Assembly (NCBI GenBank): GCA_963669405.2
Contig: CAXXHF010000001.1
Coordinates: 194,493 to 258,492 of the forward strand
Direction of reading: 5' to 3'
Source of the DNA: Flavobacteriaceae bacterium
Lineage (GTDB): Bacteria; Bacteroidota; Bacteroidia; Flavobacteriales; Flavobacteriaceae
DNA: 64,000 nucleotides
In this document: positions 59,763-64,000 of the stretch, in pieces
How the letters are laid out: each line of letters starts with the position of its first letter
How positions within the stretch are numbered: position 1 is the first letter of the stretch
Program-made: the position numbers and the translations under genes
The notes under the pieces: model-generated
Databases searched by the model: none
The model's input: only the letters and a program-made list of their open reading frames with translations
Told to the model about the DNA's origin: nothing

Positions 59763-61761
59763 TTAAACAATATCAGATGAGACATCTGGAGCCATAAGAA
59801 TACCCCAAGTTTCTTTCATTTGGTCTATTTTATCTACTGCTCCCATTTGTTCAAGAATATTAAGCACTGCATTGTAGGCAGAATCTAACGCACCCACAAT
59901 CCACCCATGGTGTACCGAGCAGCACTCGCCGGCAAAATTTAGCGATCCATTAAATTCTGGTGTAAGTAACGTAGGGTATAAATTCTTGAATTGCCCAGGA
60001 CCAAAGAGTGCAAAAGCACCACCTCCTGCATGATTATCCCAGAACCAGGTTTTCGTAGTTCTTTCAGGATCATATCCTGCAAATTCATCGTAAACATCTA
60101 CTTCTGGATACAGGTATGCTATTCCTTTTAAACATTCGTTCACACGTTCTTTATCAGACAATGCACCCATGCGTTCTGCATCTTGGGCCCAACAATATAT
60201 CTGAAGCACACCTCCTTTTGCTTCATAACCATAAGATGGGTATACAATCTGACGATTGGGTCTATCTGATACTCCTACTCCCAGTCCTTTGTCTTGACGA
60301 TGACCCAATTTGGCCCAGAACTGTGACTTAAATGTTATAAACGCCTTAAATGAAGGCATATAATTACTTTCTCTAATGGCTCTGGCTTTGGAAAAAGAGA
60401 GGTCATCAAAGAAATTAGTTTTTAACTGACCGTTCAGGTAATTACCATTGGGTAAGGTTGTAATGGCATACGGGTACTTTTTAACGGTTACTCCTTCTCC
60501 ATCGGGTCTTTGAATGGTCAAGCTCATACCACCATGTCCATCAAATAATTTCTCATCATATTCTACCTTGGTAACGCGATGTTTCATATGAACTCGTTTT
60601 TTAGGTTTACTAGGTAATCCCGGTGACGGTTTTTTGGCATCTGCCTTGGGTACAGAAGACGGTGGTTCTGCATCTTTAGTAAGGTTTGGAGGAGAATATC
60701 CATAGGCATTATTCAACCCTTTTTCCATCCCTACTTCTACTTGTGCCCAATGACCATCTTCGGGCCGTACCCCATCCTGTAAATCCAATACAGCTCTACA
60801 GGCGTTTGGAAAATGTTGCATTCCATGATCTATGGTAACCATATAGATGTTAGGATCAGACTTATCATACGGGTTCTTGCTTCCTCCCCAATCATATACA
60901 GCTATCACCATTTCTACAAAGGATACTGAATACATTCCTGTTCCTACATTTAAGGTTTCTAAATAACTAGCCACATTGTACGGAAGATTTTCGGATTTTT
61001 CTCCCATTGCAGGATTGTAGTATTCTCCCAATTCTCCCAGAGTAAATTTATTGGTAAGATATCCCCACATGGAGTAATGATCATTTTCCATCAATTTTTC
61101 AAATCCTTTTGCAAAAGATTCGTCTATGGCCTTTAAAAATGGTTCGTTTACTTTGTCCAAGACCATATTAATTGGCAAATACGGATCTCCCTTGTCTGGC
61201 TTTACTTCAGTAACCCACAATGTTATTGTATCGCAATCGTTGTACCTCTGAATTGTAATAAAACTTCCGCCATTGTACCATTTTGTCTTCCAATCCATTC
61301 CGTTTCAATACAGCGTTCACTGCTAATGTTAAATGCTGAACGGGTAGCATATCTGCTGAAAATTGAGGAACACGCATTCCGCCTACTTCTCCGTACAAAC
61401 CTGCCATATCTACATTTTTTGGGTCATATTCTGTAGAGTACCAGGTATCTATACGACCTCCTACCCGATCTGAAGCTTCAAACACTTCACTTTCTATACC
61501 CAAAGATTGAAGAATGAGCCCAGAGTACAAGCCAGCAAATCCGCCACCAATAATACCCACGGTCGCTTGGTCTTTGTCTTCTGGTTTATACCCTTTTTTC
61601 TTAAGGGATCGCTGTCTGTTGATTTCCTTGCGATAATCTTTCCCGTAATTTTCCAGTATCCACTGTGAAAATGCTTTTTTAACAGATCCCTGAGGCTTTG
61701 ACTGTTTTAAGTTTTCAGAACCCTTTCTAGAAGGTCCTGGTTTAAATGAAAGATAACTCAT
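59763..61761 (-). pseudogene. Flavin amine oxidase (L-amino-acid oxidase-like), frameshifted near 61210-61250
   Basis: GGGFAG, EASDRVGGR and GGMRVP in 61207-61761; GAFALFGPGQF and FAGECCSVHHGWIVGALDSA in 59763-61298. Confidence 0.8.
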
Positions 61762-61878
61762 GGTAATTGGTTTTTGTTATAAAGGTTTGTGTAAAAGTCT
61801 TGTAATAACAAACATACCCGTTACCGTATTGAAACGAAATAAGTATATATACCTAATTTATGGGGGGAAATACCGTAT

Positions 61879-63568
61879 TTACTCAGGTTTTACCCAAATA
61901 AGAGGACTATCATTAAGGGTTTTCCAATCTTCACGTAATGCTGCTTCCAAAGCATCTAATTCTGAAGAGGAGTACCCGTTAGATTTCAAATCCAGTACAT
62001 AGTCCAACAAGTTATAACATGTTGTGAATTGTCCACAGGCAATAAGTGAATCCATTCTATGGACTTCTATATCCTTTTGGTCCCACCACAATGTAGTGGG
62101 GGCTTGCGAAGCTATCAAAGATGTGTGAGTCAATTCTGTACTGGGTTTGGGGTGGATTTTATCGTTAAATTTATTATTACCATACTGGGTTTTCTCACCA
62201 TTCAATTGATATACCGTAGAAGTAATGCGTTTATTCTCTAAAGTCTCCTCATTATACATCATATCATAATTGAGTCTTCTTATTTGTTTCAGAAACACAT
62301 CATTAATCATTTTTGCTCCAGAGGTTAAACGATCTGTTAGCATTCTTTTCAGTAAACCTACATCCAACCGTTGAAAAGAAATGACATCATTTAACAAAGC
62401 TTCGGGGACATTTTTTTTAATAATATCCCTAGACCATTCTTGCCCCTTTTCTCTTAAATGCAGCAACAAAGGAACCTAATACAGTAAGCACCAGACCTGC
62501 ACCCGTTAATATCCCTCCTACTAGATAAACACTTGTGAGTTCGGTATTCCAAATAACTTTCTTCCAATTCAAAAAGATTAAAAGTATCCCTAAAACAAGC
62601 GTTATAATAAACAGTGGATTTACCCCAAAATATTTCAAAAAATTCTGCAACACCTTCTCTAAAGGTTTCTTATGGGTGATTGGTTCTGTGTCTTGAACCC
62701 ATGGTACCATTTTGTAACTAGCCACATCATTTACAATGAGTAAATTGAAATGATCTTTTACACGTTCTCTTTTGGTGATATTAATCATGCTATCAATCCC
62801 CTGATTATCTGCAATACCACCATCCATGACTCCAATTCCCTCTTGATAGTATGCTTCTTTTTTAAGCTCTTGATATTCTGTTGCGGTATGATCTGAAAAA
62901 TAATCATCCGGGAAAATCAAAGGTTCAAAGCCCAACGGAAAACATGAGGAAGATGCCACAATGTCTCCTAGTTGCACTTTAAATTTCATTTTATTCAATT
63001 CTTTCTTTCCTCTAGGAATGCTATCGTTAAGTGGAAAGTTTCCAAAAAGTCCTGTATTCTGAAATCGAAAAGGCAAACCAAAAGAAAATTCGGTACTGTT
63101 AAAGCAGACATTGGCAAGTGTTGCCGACGTATTGTTTTCAAAAACATCAAATCCGCCTTCAAAAACATCCATTTCAGCATATGTTAATGCAAATGCATTG
63201 ATAAGGCTTCGCTTTTTATAAGGAAAGGTATTCCAAACATGCTTATCTTCTAGTTTTGCTACCGCACGCTCTAAAAGTTTATCGTTTTCTGGAGTAAATT
63301 GATTATAAAAAGTTTTGTAAAAAACGTTGAAATTGAAATCTGAAGATTGCGCAGCCTTTGCATAGGCAACTGAAAGCAGGGTTCCACCACTTACCGAACT
63401 TATCGCAATGTTTCTACTTAGCAATGAGCTCCCAGCATATTGAATCCTGTGTAGGTAGGCCACCACGCCCAAAGCAAAAAAAGTGGCTCGATACCCTCCC
63501 CCACTAAAGCATAAACCAATTCCATCAAAAGGAACTATCTGAGATTGTTCTGTAGCATGTTCGTCCAT
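61879..63568 (-). pseudogene. Patatin-like phospholipase with TM hairpin, frameshifted near 62440-62455
   Basis: SGGGYRA, SVSGG, DGGIADN; frame change around AAAAGGGG. Confidence 0.78.
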
Positions 63569-63645
63569 AGCAGTAAAAAATTATAAATAGATCTATACCG
63601 GGGAGTTTCATAAAATTACAAATAATCGTATAGCTTGCAAGTTAA

Positions 63646-63675
63646 TCTGCACTTAAAAGATAATTGTCTGCACTT
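63646..63675 (-). promoter_or_regulatory. LytTR-type direct repeat upstream of the patatin gene
   Basis: TCTGCACTT at 63646 and 63667 (9 bp + 12-bp spacer). Confidence 0.5.
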
Positions 63676-64000
63676 CAACGATTTTCACTAAATCACTACT
63701 TCACTTAACAAGAAATTTCGTACATTTAAGGAACGCTTCATCTTACCCTCAACACCTATAAATTGCTACTGGTTGACCCAGTATCTTATCTATTCCTGTT
63801 TTTACAAGAAACTAGAACTTCTTTGTAATGGTAGTTATCATTTATTAACTTCTAATCCGTTGCGTATGAAGAAATTTTTACTTTTTTGGAAAGGAAAATT
63901 TAAGGAATGGAATATTAAATTGGTAGAATATGCTAGAGCAAGTAGCTACGCCATTCATCGTTAGCCAATATTCCTTGAAAAATTTTCTTTAATCCCCCAC

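Noticed and set aside
1359-63964. Many short ORFs antisense to or nested in long genes (e.g. 3896-4207, 16837-17082, 39043-39381, 41037-41456, 63773-63964)
   Set aside because: Overlap well-supported genes or lack motifs; expected by chance

Overview
AT-rich Bacteroidota DNA, probably Flavobacteriaceae (TAnnTTTG -7 promoter boxes, TonB-type receptor, membrane-bound AraC regulators). No rRNA, tRNA, CRISPR array or integrase was seen. 1-27 kb looks like an accretion zone of conjugative-element remnants: a gene duplicated at 1-640 and 8631-9287, a 705-bp non-coding repeat, and short motifs recurring at cargo junctions. Its cargo includes radC, a DRT2-family reverse transcriptase with a long structured upstream region containing a candidate hidden 'neo' repeat, and a very low-GC six-gene operon joining a Wadjet-like SMC module (frameshifted at an A8 run) to an ATPase + HNH pair. 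27-45 kb is mostly metabolic and regulatory: cold-shock genes, a TonB receptor with a LytS/LytTR pair, a five-gene amino-acid operon and orphans. 46.4-50.5 kb is a four-gene TIR / TPR-sensor / lipase cluster that I cannot match to a named defence system. 50-64 kb holds repeated membrane-AraC + hydrolase modules and two frameshifted genes. All family calls come from motif recognition; no database searches were run.
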